Made by a program: the position numbers and the translations under genes. From positions 1-60,655 of the forward strand of contig QPGO01000308.1 in NCBI GenBank assembly GCA_008632985.1: a DNA stretch of 60,655 nucleotides. The letters are read 5' to 3'. The stretch is from Psammoneis japonica. Lineage: Eukaryota. Shown here piece after piece: positions 1 to 11,575 of this stretch (position 1 is its first letter; each line of letters begins with the position of its first letter). The notes below the pieces were generated by a model. The model was not told where the DNA came from. It was given only the letters and a program-made list of their open reading frames with translations, and searched no databases.

Positions 1-129
1 GGATTCCGTGAAATGGACTTTCATGCATGCAAGCAGGGAATTTAAAAAATTTTCGAGGTCGATCGAGCTCCAGAACATTTGTTGAGATTTTAGTCGTACA
101 AGTCGAAGCTGATGCCACTTGCGCGTAGA

Positions 130-590
130 ACTGAACCACTGTGGCATGTGTGCATGCACGCACGCCAGCATGCACATTCAAAGCAAAGACAGTTCCAACA
201 CTGTCAACGATGCGACGACCCAAAAGCCACCTTGTGATGCAGCATGCAGCTAAAGCAAGCTGCGTGAATGGTGCAAAGCCCAAACAACACTTTGTCCTTT
301 TGTGCAGCAAGACAGTAGACAGCGGAGTGCCCATGTGGTGACTTCCCTGAGGTGTGGTTCTCTCGCAACTCGCAAGGCGCCGACTTTCTTCCTTCAGGCA
401 GCAAGGACAGTCAAGGAACGGAAAACCGGAAAACTGGCTTGTTGTGCCACGCTTGTTGCTTTTTCCAAACAAGCCTCTGTGTGTGGACTCTTGTCACGAT
501 CGCAAGTTTTTTCGAGAATGTTTTTAGAGCGAGAAACCTCAAAGACGACAACGTCTTTTTCAAGAATCGCACTTTGTTCTGCCTGATGGC
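130..590. other. TpA-depleted tract, probable degraded repeat at the window edge
   Basis: Few TA, many TG/CA (tgtggcatgtgtgcatgcacgcacgccagcatgcaca); overlapping short Cys/His-rich ORFs with no recognisable product; boundaries approximate. Confidence 0.45.
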
Positions 591-1917
591 TGACGGTAGT
601 GGTTTTGCACAGTCGATCGCACGGTACCCATGATATACATCAATCGAGGATGCTAGAAACGGAGAAAAAACGAATATCAATGCCTACTGTGTCACTTGTC
701 AGCCGTGGTAAAAAGCATGATGTGTCGGCCAACAACTATACGTCGCTTGTGGTGGTTTGCATGCCCATTTGATTGTTATTGTATGCGGCTTGGAAATGTT
801 GGGAGAATTAACCTACCGTATTGAACGAGGTTAAGGCATCAAGCCTTTATAGCTTCCTTGGGTTGCTGGAATAATCATTTGGGACGAGATTGGAAGGAAA
901 GCGACATTCGAGTCATACCTCACTATTACTTTCAGCGGCGTCAAAACTACCTTGCGAGACAAATCAAGAGACGAACGCATATAAATGAATCCAAAGAAAT
1001 GCAACCATCATGGATTGGCAGTGAAATACAAAATGAAAGTCTCCAAATAGAACCACACCGTTCTCCTACAAGAGCCATATACCGTATCGTGTCGATTCAA
1101 AGTTGATGTACCTTCTCTCAAGTACGATAAAAGACATGAAGCATTGTGATATGATTATTTAAAAGGTATGGAACGCATACCCGACAAGAATATTTGGCAT
1201 GGACACCAGCACTAAATCGGCGTGTGACCGTCGTTCTACCCGAGTGAGTCGGCAATCTTGTTGCTGCTCACATCCCGCGCCGCCTGTTGACTTTTCCCGA
1301 TCTCATTGAAATCTTCATCACACCATCTAGCACTGACGCAACAACATGGGGCCATTCATCATCAACCCAGACTTTGAGTATAGGATGAATAGCGTGACCG
1401 TTGCGCAACACTGAAGAACGTTAGTTAGAAAACAGAGTTGGGCAAGCCTGTCCACCGCAGCAGAAGCACAACAAGCAGGAATACGATTTGCGAGCGGACT
1501 GCAAAAAGTAAAGGGACTTTCAAAGTCAACGGGACAATAGAAAGAAGCATGGGCGGGCCATCACAACGCTCTGGCAGACCTTGCGATCTATCTCATTTCT
1601 TGTCGAGCGCAATCCGAACGGCTAGGAAGCTGAGATGAATCGAATAACATTTTGAGTGAATTGGTCAAATCTTGAAGACATATCTTTGTTCTTTCTTTAA
1701 CTGTTTTTTGGATTGAGCAGCATGGTGAATTTGCAAAGATTCCTGTCGTCTACGTCTGTTTTCGCTAAAAATGGAGAGGAAAAGCGACAGTACTGGCGTA
1801 GGTCAGGAGAAGAGGATGCTTACTGTTAGTATGTGTTCGGTTACACAGCTAATAAGCTGCAATAGCATGGTACGTGTACTGAAGCGTTGGACGTTTTGAC
1901 TGCTTTTGTATTCCATA

Positions 1918-3223
1918 CTAACAGTCTCTTTTCGATCCTGGGCATAGTTGTACAAATAGAAGCAAAGTTGCAGACTGTGGCATTTCTGACCGTATCTTCA
2001 TCCCCCCCCCCATGAAGATTCCAACTAAGGAGTCTGAAATAACGTTGCTGTTGATTGTTTTGTTGCTAACGTCGAAAACAACAATGTCGTTGATACTCCG
2101 AAGTTGATGGACGACGAAGCGCTGGAGATATCGTTTTCCTTGATGACAGTCTTTCGAAGCCTCTTGACCATCGCAGCCAACTTCCGCCTCGGAAATACTG
2201 CAAGAGGACGCCGGAGCCAGGGCGTGCCTCATTATCCACATAATGTTTACCAACCAAAACATTCGAAATGGCATTGCGCTGAACGTCGACTGCGACAGAA
2301 TTGATGAGTTTGGTTCCAATGTCAGACGAGTCGACCTTGTTCTGATGACGTTCATGCGCGGTCCAGGACAGAACAAGGTACCGAAATCGCAGGCTTGACA
2401 TGACACTTGAATCCCGATCGCAGGTAGATTATAAGTGGAAGCTCCATAGGTGATGACGTTGTTTTTGATTACTTCGGTCAAGGCTCTACCTCCGACAAAT
2501 ATGCGTAGGGAGCCCGAGTTGGGAAAGACCGAATCTTTGACCGTGAGCTGGTATTGCTGGACCGTTGAACACGACTGGACAAAAATGTCAAAGCTTGAGC
2601 TTGAATGGGACGATGTCTTCTATACGTTGATGACTTCAACCTGATGAACGACACGACTCGGAGGAGCCAGGAACGAGCAGTCAAGTCCGTCGACACCTTT
2701 CAACGTTAGATTCTCGATCTCCACATTGCTGTTGAGATTACCAAGGATGACCGCACCTGCTGAATTAGCAGTGGGTCGAATGATAGATGAACCAATTTCA
2801 CCTCCCCAAATCTAGACAGCATGGCGGCTTCGTTGTACGTTTAAGCCCAAGTTAAATGGATACACCGGAGCTCGCTCCCGCCAATGCTTTGGCAATGGTC
2901 GTGTAGTAAGGATCTTTGTCCTTGTCATTGCAATTCTCCTTGTCAGTGCCTGCCACGATCGTTCGAGGATCACCAGTGCCTTCAACCAAGCTCTCCTTCG
3001 AACCTGCGTCTGACAGCTTGCGTTGCGCTTGAACGTGTGCCGCCCTTAGTGAAGCCCGGCAGATGGGACCTGGCAAGGAGAGATGAATATTCTCTGGTCT
3101 AAGAAGGGACTCCATAACTGGCTGCACATCCCAAGAAACCCAAGCGGAAGATGCGTAGACATGGCTCGCACCCATCAAAGTACCAGGAACCAACGCCGCC
3201 ACGAAAACCTGTGCAAGGCGCAT
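1918..3223 (-). pseudogene. Disrupted paralog of the secreted beta-helix protein at 5404-6822
   Basis: MRLAQV...RKLSD...PRTIVAGTD aligns to MRLTQL...RKLSD...PRTVIVGTD. Stop at 2852 where the paralog has Q, followed by frameshifts. Downstream frames still match: IWGGEIGSSIIRP..NSNVEIENLTLKGVDGLD and IKNNVITYGA..IGIQVSCQA. Confidence 0.85.
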
Positions 3224-3814
3224 GATTTTGATACACTAGCTATCTCTTCGTTTCGCTGAGAGGGGGGTTGTCGACTGCTGGATTCAACACGCGGTAAGTG
3301 CGGTACCGGCGAAGGAAGGAGAAGTGAGCAGGTGGAGAGAGGACATTCCTCTCTAGCTAGTAGTAGAGTAGAGCGCGATCACGACTTACGATGCCTGTCA
3401 GTTCATGTGCGAATTGAGAATGGCGGGACAGATGCAGGTCACAGATTGATGATTCGGTGTGATTCGCACTATGAAAAGTCATTCAATGCCTGCGGTCACA
3501 GAGACACATCATGCGAGGGCGGCGGGTGGTTGTGAGTCGCGCTATGACGAGTCATTAGTTTTCAGTCAACAATGTCTATTTGGGGCTATTCAATTGAATG
3601 ACCACAAGTCCATCCTCGTCTTATTGAGCTATACTTGGATGAACATTGAATAAGTCATGGGTCATTGACAAAATATTAAGCCCTGGCACAGAGATGTAAG
3701 ACGTTTCGAGTGCTCCACGCTTTTTGCTTTTCTCACATTTCCCGTTTAGCATTTGTTTACAAGCCAATCTTATTCTTCTGCAACAGGTCAACAAGCTGGT
3801 TGACAAACTGGTCC

Positions 3815-4885
3815 ATGATGACATCTTTAAAGGGAATTGTAGTCTCGTGCTTGGTAGCCTTTTGCGCTCTGCGGGTTACCAGCGCGTCAAACCTTCGTCA
3901 CTCTTCATGGATGCGCGAACTCGTCGATCCCGAATTTCGTTTCGCAGCTGAGAAGTACACATACGAAATACACACTGAAAACGATAATGATCCCTATCTA
4001 TCCACGGATACGATGAAATGCCTCGAGTTGGTTATTGCTGACGAACTTGGAAAGCTCGTGGAGGAGTATGCAGTGAAAGAGCTTTTGTATACAGGAAAGG
4101 ACGTGGACGGCGGGCGTATGAAAGTAGCCAACCACACCACGCCGGAACGTGTCGTGATTCTCACAGAAGAGGAGGACGGCTCTCGAGACTTTTTCGTCTG
4201 GGAGGATGGAGTAGTTCCTAGTCTTGTTAGCTTCGTAGGATCACGAGGAGGTGTCAGCAGCGTTACCAAGCAATACTCTCCTGACGCCGAGGTTCCTAAA
4301 GCTAACACAGGCAATACAGAGAAGCAGGATGATGCAGAAGGGAAAGGAGGTAGCAACGAAGCAGTCAAGCAAGACGAGAACCTGGGTAACGATGTCGGCA
4401 TTGATGTTGAAGAGATCTGGCCAACACCAACTCCAACGCCAGCCCCCCCTGAAGGGGCCACAAAAGGCTACGGAGGCTGGGGTGGCCATCTGTTGGGAAA
4501 TTGGGGCAGAGAGAGACGTGATCTGTCGCTAGTGGACCATGTGGCGGGGATGCATAAAATTGTTGACTTTCAACCCAGAATGCTGGCAGCGGAGGTCGAC
4601 CCGGAACTTGCTGCGCTTAAAGCAAAACGAAAGAAAAGACGGAGGAAAAAGAGAAGGCAACAGAGAAAGAAGTGGCAAGCCTCTATACAAGTCGAAGCAA
4701 CGTGCGGCATATTCTGTAGCACCGATAACGAGGATGCGGGAGGGAGGACTAGGGCTTTGAATGATCGGAAACTTGATGCTGAAGATTTTGAATCCTGGAT
4801 GAAAGGCAAGCTCACCCGAAAGATCAAGCGAAAGTGCTCGGAAACTGAAAATCTTATTACGTCGTCGTCCTTCAAAATTGTTTAA
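3815..4885 (+). CDS. Secreted hypothetical protein with a PT-rich stretch and a polybasic KRKKRRRKKRR tract
   Basis: Long ORF; first ATG at 3815 is followed by a signal-peptide-like stretch (SLKGIVVSCLVAFCALRVTSA); several RXL motifs. Confidence 0.7.
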   Translation: MMTSLKGIVVSCLVAFCALRVTSASNLRHSSWMRELVDPEFRFAAEKYTYEIHTENDNDPYLSTDTMKCLELVIADELGKLVEEYAVKELLYTGKDVDGGRMKVANHTTPERVVILTEEEDGSRDFFVWEDGVVPSLVSFVGSRGGVSSVTKQYSPDAEVPKANTGNTEKQDDAEGKGGSNEAVKQDENLGNDVGIDVEEIWPTPTPTPAPPEGATKGYGGWGGHLLGNWGRERRDLSLVDHVAGMHKIVDFQPRMLAAEVDPELAALKAKRKKRRRKKRRQQRKKWQASIQVEATCGIFCSTDNEDAGGRTRALNDRKLDAEDFESWMKGKLTRKIKRKCSETENLITSSSFKIV

Positions 4886-4894
4886 AGGCGTGAC

Positions 4895-5200
4895 AGGAAA
4901 CGAGGTATTGTATGAAAAGACTTTGGGAACTGGGGAATAAAGTATGGTTGCTTCTTAGGGAAGGGCAACAAGACCGGAAGTTTGTAAGTTTGCCTTTTAG
5001 GGACGGGGCAAATCATGTCAAGGACAAGACGGGAAATGGGGTAAAATACGACAACCTTGGTGGGACTTGGGTAGCAGAGTGTGCAGAGAACAGGGCGGGG
5101 AATTGGGTTTTTCATGCTAGCCTTGATGGGACTCGGGGGTAGCAGAGTGTGTAAAGAACAAGACTGGCAATGGGGTATTGTATGCTTGCCTTTGTGGGAA
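4895..5200. repeat. Degenerate ~70-bp tandem repeat
   Basis: Recurring gggact..gggtagcagagtgtg.a.agaaca and gg.attgtatg...cctt units. Confidence 0.5.
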
Positions 5201-5403
5201 GGCTAAAGCATACATGCCGGTACAGTTCATGTGCATTCAATAGTGTATCAGGTAAAAGCTTAATTTCGTTTGGTCAAAACAAAACACTTTAAAATCACAT
5301 ACTTGTACATACTGTAGGTACTCGGGGATCAAAGAGTCAAAAATGACATACTATTAGAGACAGAAATGTCGTCTCGCTTCTTTATCTGCAAAAACCTGTC
5401 CTT

Positions 5404-6822
5404 CTAGGGAGAGGGGGGCGGTGTGGGGAACGGAGGGGTATTGTCCATGAACGTGGTGCCACTGCCGTTGTCATCATATGGCGTGACGGCGTTTACTGTA
5501 TTATTCTTGACATTATTGTTATTGCCCACGACGGAGATGCCAACTGCACAATTGGATGCTATAAAATTGCTCTCGACCGTGTTGTTTGAAATGTTGATCG
5601 TTGCAACGTCAGAGAAGAAGGCGACCCCAGCGGTGTCAATTGGTACAGCGCAGGAGATGTCGTTGCTCTTGACATTGTTGATATCCACGACCTCTGGTCC
5701 ATCAGCACAGCCAAGATCATCACTGGCATTTCGCCGGAGAAGAATTCCCGCACCACCTTCTACACCGTTTGAAATGGCATTGTCTTGAATGTCGGCTGAA
5801 ATAGAGTTGAGGAGAAGGATTCCTACTCCAGCAGAATCGATCTGGTTCATTTTGACTTCCGTAGCTGGTCCTTGACAGAACAAGGCAATCCCAGTACCAG
5901 TAGCTTCAAAGTTGCTGACGGTGTTGGCCTCAACCACAACATTGGCTTGGCGGGACACTTCAATCCCAACGGAAGGCTGAATCCCGTCATCGGTGCCTTC
6001 ACCTATGAAAGGAGCCCCCCTTGTAAAGACGTTGTTCTTGATCGCTCCTAACATTGCGCTGCCGGCTACAAAAACACCAAAGGAGCCCACATTGGGAAAG
6101 GTTGAATCTATCACCCTGATCTGGTAGTCTCGGATTGATGAAAACGACTGCACAAATATGTCAAAGCTCCTGGTTGAATTGGGTTGCGTGTCCCTTATGT
6201 TCGTGATTGCGACCATAACAAAATGGGCATCGCAGTCGTCACAGGCAAATCCAGCCACGGCGTTTGAGCTAGCGCCGTCCAGCCCGTTGACGCCGTCCAG
6301 CGTTAGCCTCTCGAGCTCCACATTGCTGTTGTTACCGGCAAAGATGACTGAATCCGATGCATCGGTCAGGGGGCTAATGATGGACGAACCCATTCCTGCA
6401 CCCCTGATCTTGACGGTATATTCTGGGCTAATCTCCAAGGCTTCTTCGTACGTTTCAGCACAAAGTTGAATGACCACGCCAGAGCTCTCCTTCGCCAACG
6501 CTTCGGTGATGGTCGAGTAGTCAGGATCTTCATCATTGCACTTATCATCGTCAGTGCCCACAATGACTGTGCGAGGTCCAATATCACTTGAATCCGAGTC
6601 AGAGAGCTTACGTCGATCTTGAATTGGGGTAGCCCTTAGCATATTCCGGTTGGTGGAGCGCGGAAAAAAGGGCTGAATGTTCTCGGATGTTAAGGCTGAT
6701 CCGAAATCTGGTACTATATCCTCCCATGACTCCCATGATGGTTGTGACGAACCAACTATGGGAGTCGCTCCCATCAACGTGGCAGATCCCAAGGATGCAA
6801 AGGCGAGTTGAGTAAGGCGCAT
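5404..6822 (-). CDS. Secreted right-handed parallel beta-helix (pectin-lyase-like/NosD-like) protein, 472 aa
   Basis: Intact intronless ORF with signal peptide, RRKL motif, YSTITEAL..LCAETYEE..IRGAG..SII lead-in, repeated GI.v/N.v..N rungs and a Pro-rich C-terminus. Confidence 0.8.
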   Translation of the reverse strand: MRLTQLAFASLGSATLMGATPIVGSSQPSWESWEDIVPDFGSALTSENIQPFFPRSTNRNMLRATPIQDRRKLSDSDSSDIGPRTVIVGTDDDKCNDEDPDYSTITEALAKESSGVVIQLCAETYEEALEISPEYTVKIRGAGMGSSIISPLTDASDSVIFAGNNSNVELERLTLDGVNGLDGASSNAVAGFACDDCDAHFVMVAITNIRDTQPNSTRSFDIFVQSFSSIRDYQIRVIDSTFPNVGSFGVFVAGSAMLGAIKNNVFTRGAPFIGEGTDDGIQPSVGIEVSRQANVVVEANTVSNFEATGTGIALFCQGPATEVKMNQIDSAGVGILLLNSISADIQDNAISNGVEGGAGILLRRNASDDLGCADGPEVVDINNVKSNDISCAVPIDTAGVAFFSDVATINISNNTVESNFIASNCAVGISVVGNNNNVKNNTVNAVTPYDDNGSGTTFMDNTPPFPTPPPSP

Positions 6823-7908
6823 GGCGGTATTGCGATGAACCTTGTTGTCACGAGGCGTTGGAGATTGGAGATCCCTTGGATGACTTTTTTGTGTGATGTG
6901 AGGTGTGTTGGATTACATTCAGCACACCGAACAAAAGCGCTGATTCGACTCCGAGTACTTTAGTCTGCGTTTTGTTCTGCTGCAGCGTACATAGCATTGG
7001 ATTCATGATGTAGGCTTTTCGCGTTATGCGTCGCCGCAAGTAGAAACATTATGGCTGTAGATAAGTATCCTGGTTACTCCTATTGCAGCGCAATTCATTT
7101 ACAACTACAGTACCATCTTGTCTTACGTGTCAGAGAGCAGCTATACGGCGACATCGGCATCATATCACGATAATGTGACAAAGCGTTGATGCCAAGATGT
7201 AAGATCAAACATGCGTTATGCGAACGAACAAGACCAAAAAGTGAAAAAGCTAAATGACATTTTCCGGTTTCGTCCTGATACGAAAAGGAAAAATACTTAG
7301 GGGTCATTTCTGTCATAGAGTGACTGCTTCTTGGGTCTATCAGTAATGTTTGTATAAAGATCTAAATATATACACATAATAATTCCTAAGTAGTGTACTG
7401 GAGTCACAATAACGCACATAGCAGTTGATTGAATGTCTCATAGCCCTTGAGGACATGGAGTTAGTAAAGCCATCACCTTTTTTTGTCACTCTCTCGCGTA
7501 TCCCAAGATGATCAACCGCAATGAGAACTGGAGGTCCACATGTCGTCAGACCATGTGGTCCACATGGTCTGACAACAACCGTCAGGACACCGACTCAGCC
7601 TCACTGTCAACACCCCAAAGTCTCTGAGAAAAAAAATCATGCCCCACCCAGCCCAGAGCCCAGTCTCTGGTGGAGCATCCAAGAGGCGCTGGCTTGGAAG
7701 TGGCTCTTTCGACAGATTCCAGTCCTCCAGCAGGTGGAACTCTGTGTGGCATTGGGTCTGCAGAATTCTCTGTGTGAGCTCCGCAGCAAATTTGTCAAGC
7801 AATGACAACATGAACAATCGCGAACAGAAAAACAAAAGAGGAAATTTTGCCAAACCCTCCCCCCTCCTTCACACTTCTTGAAGCACATCATTGATGGTTT
7901 GCACAGGT

Positions 7909-8901
7909 GACATGTTCTAGTCCCAGGTGACACACAAAACAACAATCCATTTTGAACATAAATTGTGCATCTCTCGTGCATGAAGCACTTGAATGTAAAA
8001 TGCTCAGAGAGGCGGATGGGCTTTTGCAGAGGCTCAGAGTGTGAACATGTGAGCAGTTTTTTCATTGGCACTCAATTCCTCATGGGACACGCACCACAAA
8101 CTCTCTCTGCAAACTTAATGCTGATTGTGTGACAGTGCATTGGATGCACATTTTCGGGCGCAGGTGGAACACCTGCCAGGAGGTCTTGCAGAAAAATTGT
8201 TTGATTCAACACTCAAGTGTGATGGCAACAATTTTGCCAAAAATCATCCATTGTGTTGCAATTCATTTGTTGCAATGAAAAACATGAACAGCAAAAAAAG
8301 AATGACATTGCAACACTCACGCAAGTCTTGTTGGTGTTGCAAAACATTCAATTTTGGATGAATCTGTGCTTTTGGTGGTGTGAAAGCTCGTTCGCAAGTG
8401 GGCGTGTTCCAGTCCCAGGTGACACACAAAACGACAATCGATTTTGAATGTAAATTGTGCATCCATTAGTGTGTGGAGCATGTTCGTGTAAAATGCTCAA
8501 GCAAATTGGCTTTTATGAGTGTCCAGAGCATGGACAATTGTGAAGAAACAAACAGTTTTTTGTGGGGCATTAAAGTCCTCATGGAACATGTGTCACAAAC
8601 TTCCTCAGCAGACTCAACACTGATTGTGCGTCAGTGCTGTTCATGCTGAGATTTCTTTGCAGGTAGAAAATCTACCAAGAAGTGTCACAGAAAGATGTGT
8701 TTAGTTGACATCCAAATGACGGCAATGATTTTGCCGAAAATCATCCGTTTTGTGTTGCGATTCGTTCATCGCAATCAAAAACATTGATGGCAGGATGACA
8801 ATGATTTTGCAACACTCACATGAGTCGAGTCTTGTCAGTGTTGCAAAACATTAGAATTTGAATAAATCCACATTTTTGGTGGTGAAAAAGTGTTCGTAAG
8901 T
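7909..8901. repeat. ~490-bp tandem duplication (7909-8400 and 8401-8901)
   Basis: Both copies begin g..tgttc.agtcccaggtgacacacaaaac and end gttgcaaaacatt...tttggtggtg..aaag..gttcg.aagt. Confidence 0.85.
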
Positions 8902-9050
8902 CAGAGACCGCGCAAAAATTGTGCAAATGTCGTTTTTGTGCACGATTTGGGTCACGTGCGGCTGGAACACGTCAGTGAGAGACCATGCAAAAATTGCGCA
9001 AATGTCATTTTCGTGCATGATTTGGGTCACGTGCAGCTGGAACACGTCAG
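8901..9050. repeat. 75-bp tandem duplication
   Basis: agagacc..gcaaaaattg.gcaaatgtc.tttt.gtgca.gatttgggtcacgtgc.gctggaacacgtcag twice; internal differences are transitions in YR dinucleotides. Confidence 0.85.
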
Positions 9051-9375
9051 GTGTGTTCCACACCAGACATTGTAGAACACACCCAGCATGTTTTGATTCT
9101 CACAAATGTTGAAAATGGAAAGCCTCTTTGGCGCTTCGCGAAACAGGGAGAGCATGAGACAATTTCATAGAATGTCACACACAGCCATTTGCATGCAACA
9201 CATTTGGTGCAATCCAAAAAACTGTTCGATGTGTCACAGTTCAGCAGTGCGAGGTCCCACCTGGAGCTGAAACGCGGCTTTTCTCGCTCGTTTCCAGCGC
9301 TTTTGTCATGGTTTTGAGCAAGAAGGCTGCAAAACAAAGACCTGAATTTGCTTGCAAAGCTCAAAGGGTTGGCAT

Positions 9376-9765
9376 GACGCGTTCCAGGTCTAGGTGGGAC
9401 CTCGCACTACTGAACTGTGACATCGACAGTTTTTTGAATCACGTCGTATGTCGCACACGTAGATTTCTACGTGATTTTTTCGATATTTTGTGTCATTTTA
9501 CGGTACACTTATTGAGCGATCCGTCCAACAACTTTTGACATTTTTTGTTACAGCGCGATTCTATAATGTCTTAAGAATCGCGTAGGGCAGGCGCATTTGC
9601 AAAAACGTTGAGTGGCAAGAGGCATAATTGTACCACAAACTTGGCAGTTTATTTGATGTTGAAGATAAATATATCCATTAATTTAATTCTCGTACTACGG
9701 AGCTCGCACGTAGAATTCTACGGGCCCAATGTCACACGGAGTCCCACCTAGGACTGGAACCCGTC
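9376..9765. mobile_element. Non-autonomous TIR element (MITE), ~390 bp, possible 4-bp TSD GCAT
   Basis: Left end gacgcgttccaggtctaggtgggac; right end gtcccacctaggactggaacccgtc (inverted); gcat at 9372-9375 and 9766-9769; AT-rich non-coding interior. Confidence 0.75.
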
Positions 9766-10073
9766 GCATGTCATTGCCTCAAGGATGACTCTTCCACACA
9801 TTAGACTTGGACTGCTGCTCTGCCACTTTGACTTTCACTTGCTTCTTGCTTTGATCAGTTAAACGGTGTCTGCACACCGCCCGTCGGCATGCATTACAGT
9901 ACCGCCAGACCGATGACGTCATCTATGTTAGAACGCGCGTGCTCGCGCGGGCGCGCGGGGGGCTTCGATGACGTGTGCGATGCTCAACGTCACGCACAAA
10001 ATCTGCAACAGAATAACCAAACCAAAATCGCAGACGACAACGATACATAAAGACCACAACAACAAGACAAACC

Positions 10074-11229
10074 ATGAAGTGGACTCAAGCTGCAATTACA
10101 GGCCTCGTTTGCCTCGCTGGCTCCACCAGAGCCTTTGGACCATCTCGTGCGTTTGTATCTAGAACACCAGCTTTCTCCACGGCTGCTGCTGCTGTCGCGC
10201 CTCGATACAACACCGCCCTGAATGCCAATGTTCTCAAGCTGTCGGAACCGGCTTCTCAGATTCTCGACAATACCGATGTGTTTATTTTTGATTGTGATGG
10301 TGTCATTTGGAGGGTACGTGTCGAACCGTATCTTATGATTGCATTACTTTGACTGGTGCTAACTCATACATCATATGTCTCTGTTCACACTTCTCACATT
10401 ATCACAGGGCGATTCCTTGATTGACGGCATTCCCGAAACGCTCGCCAAGTTGCGTGCCATGGGTAAGAAAATGTACTTTGTCACCAACAACTCGACGAAA
10501 TCCCGCAAGGGCTACAAGAAAAAGTTTGATTCGCTGGGACTCGACATTCCCGCCGAAGAAATCTTTTCGTCGTCCTTTGCGGCCGCTGCCTATTTGGAAC
10601 AGACCAAATTCAAAGACACGGGAAAGAAAGTCTATGTCATTGGTGAGGTGGGAATTTGTGAAGAATTGGATCTTATTGATGTTCCGTGGATGGGTGGACC
10701 GGACGATAAGGGCAAGGAACCCGACATGGGACCCGGCGGTATGCTGCACCAAGATGAGGACGTGGGTGCCGTCATTGTGGGCTTTGATCGCAACATTAAC
10801 TATTACAAGATTCAGTACGCACAGCTTTGCATTAATGAAAACGACAATTGCGAATTCATTGCCACCAACACGGATGCCGTGACACACTTGACGGATGCGC
10901 AAGAGTGGGCCGGCAATGGCAGCATGGTGGGTGCCATCAAGGGATGCACCGGACAAGAACCCACCGTTGTGGGCAAGCCGAGTCCGCTCATGATTGATTA
11001 CCTTTGTACCAAGTTGGGTTTGGAACGGTCTCGTATCTGTATGGTTGGTGATCGTCTGGATACCGATGTCTTGTTTGGGACCGATAATGGATTGCAGTCC
11101 TTGTTGGTCTTGTCGGGTGTCACGTCGGAAGAAAAGCTCCTTAGCCCGGAAAACAGCATTACACCCGATTACTATGCCGATACGATTAATGACTTTTTCC
11201 TGGAGTCGCACGCCAAGGTTGAAGCTTAG
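10074..11229 (+). CDS. PGP: Phosphoglycolate phosphatase (HAD IIA), plastid-targeted; exons 10074-10313 and 10408-11229
   Basis: FIFDCDGVIWR|GD motif I across a GT-AG intron 10314-10407; FVTNNS, GKPS, MVGDRLDTD; signal peptide plus TRA-FGP (ASAFAP-like) transit peptide. Confidence 0.95.
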
Positions 11230-11575
11230 ACTAATACATAGGGGATTGTGCGACGAGACATTATTGCGATGAAGTAGCATTGCAGTAACTTGGTATTAGT
11301 AAATTCTTTTGGTTCATGAAGAGAAACAGATCTTCCCTAACTACTACAGTAGGGCCCTACCTAGATATTACAGCGTTTGTATCACGGATTGATGGTTCGT
11401 TCAATCAACAACATGCATCTAAAATATGTAGCGTGAACTCTATCTATCAACTAAAACTAAAACGTGCAGGCTTCTCGTTTCTCTCTCTCCACTATTCCGA
11501 GAATCCCACAACCGTGCTCGTCACTGCAGCCACGATTGGCAGTGTCGCATATTACGTACTCGCCATTCTTCTTCT

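Larger units (their letters stand above)
7502..9370. repeat. TpA-depleted repeat cluster of degenerate MITE-like units
   Basis: Near absence of TA; contains ~490-bp and 75-bp tandem duplications and TIR-like ends related to GACGCGTTCCAG. Confidence 0.75.

Noticed and set aside
8901..9050. Short repeats as a CRISPR-like array (also 54155-54240 and 4895-5200)
   Set aside because: Contiguous tandem units without unique spacers, eukaryotic context and no cas genes
10402..11280. Long antisense ORFs over PGP, and likewise 59144-59893 over NUP50 and 57799-58485 over the SAP-like gene
   Set aside because: Shadow frames of real genes on the opposite strand
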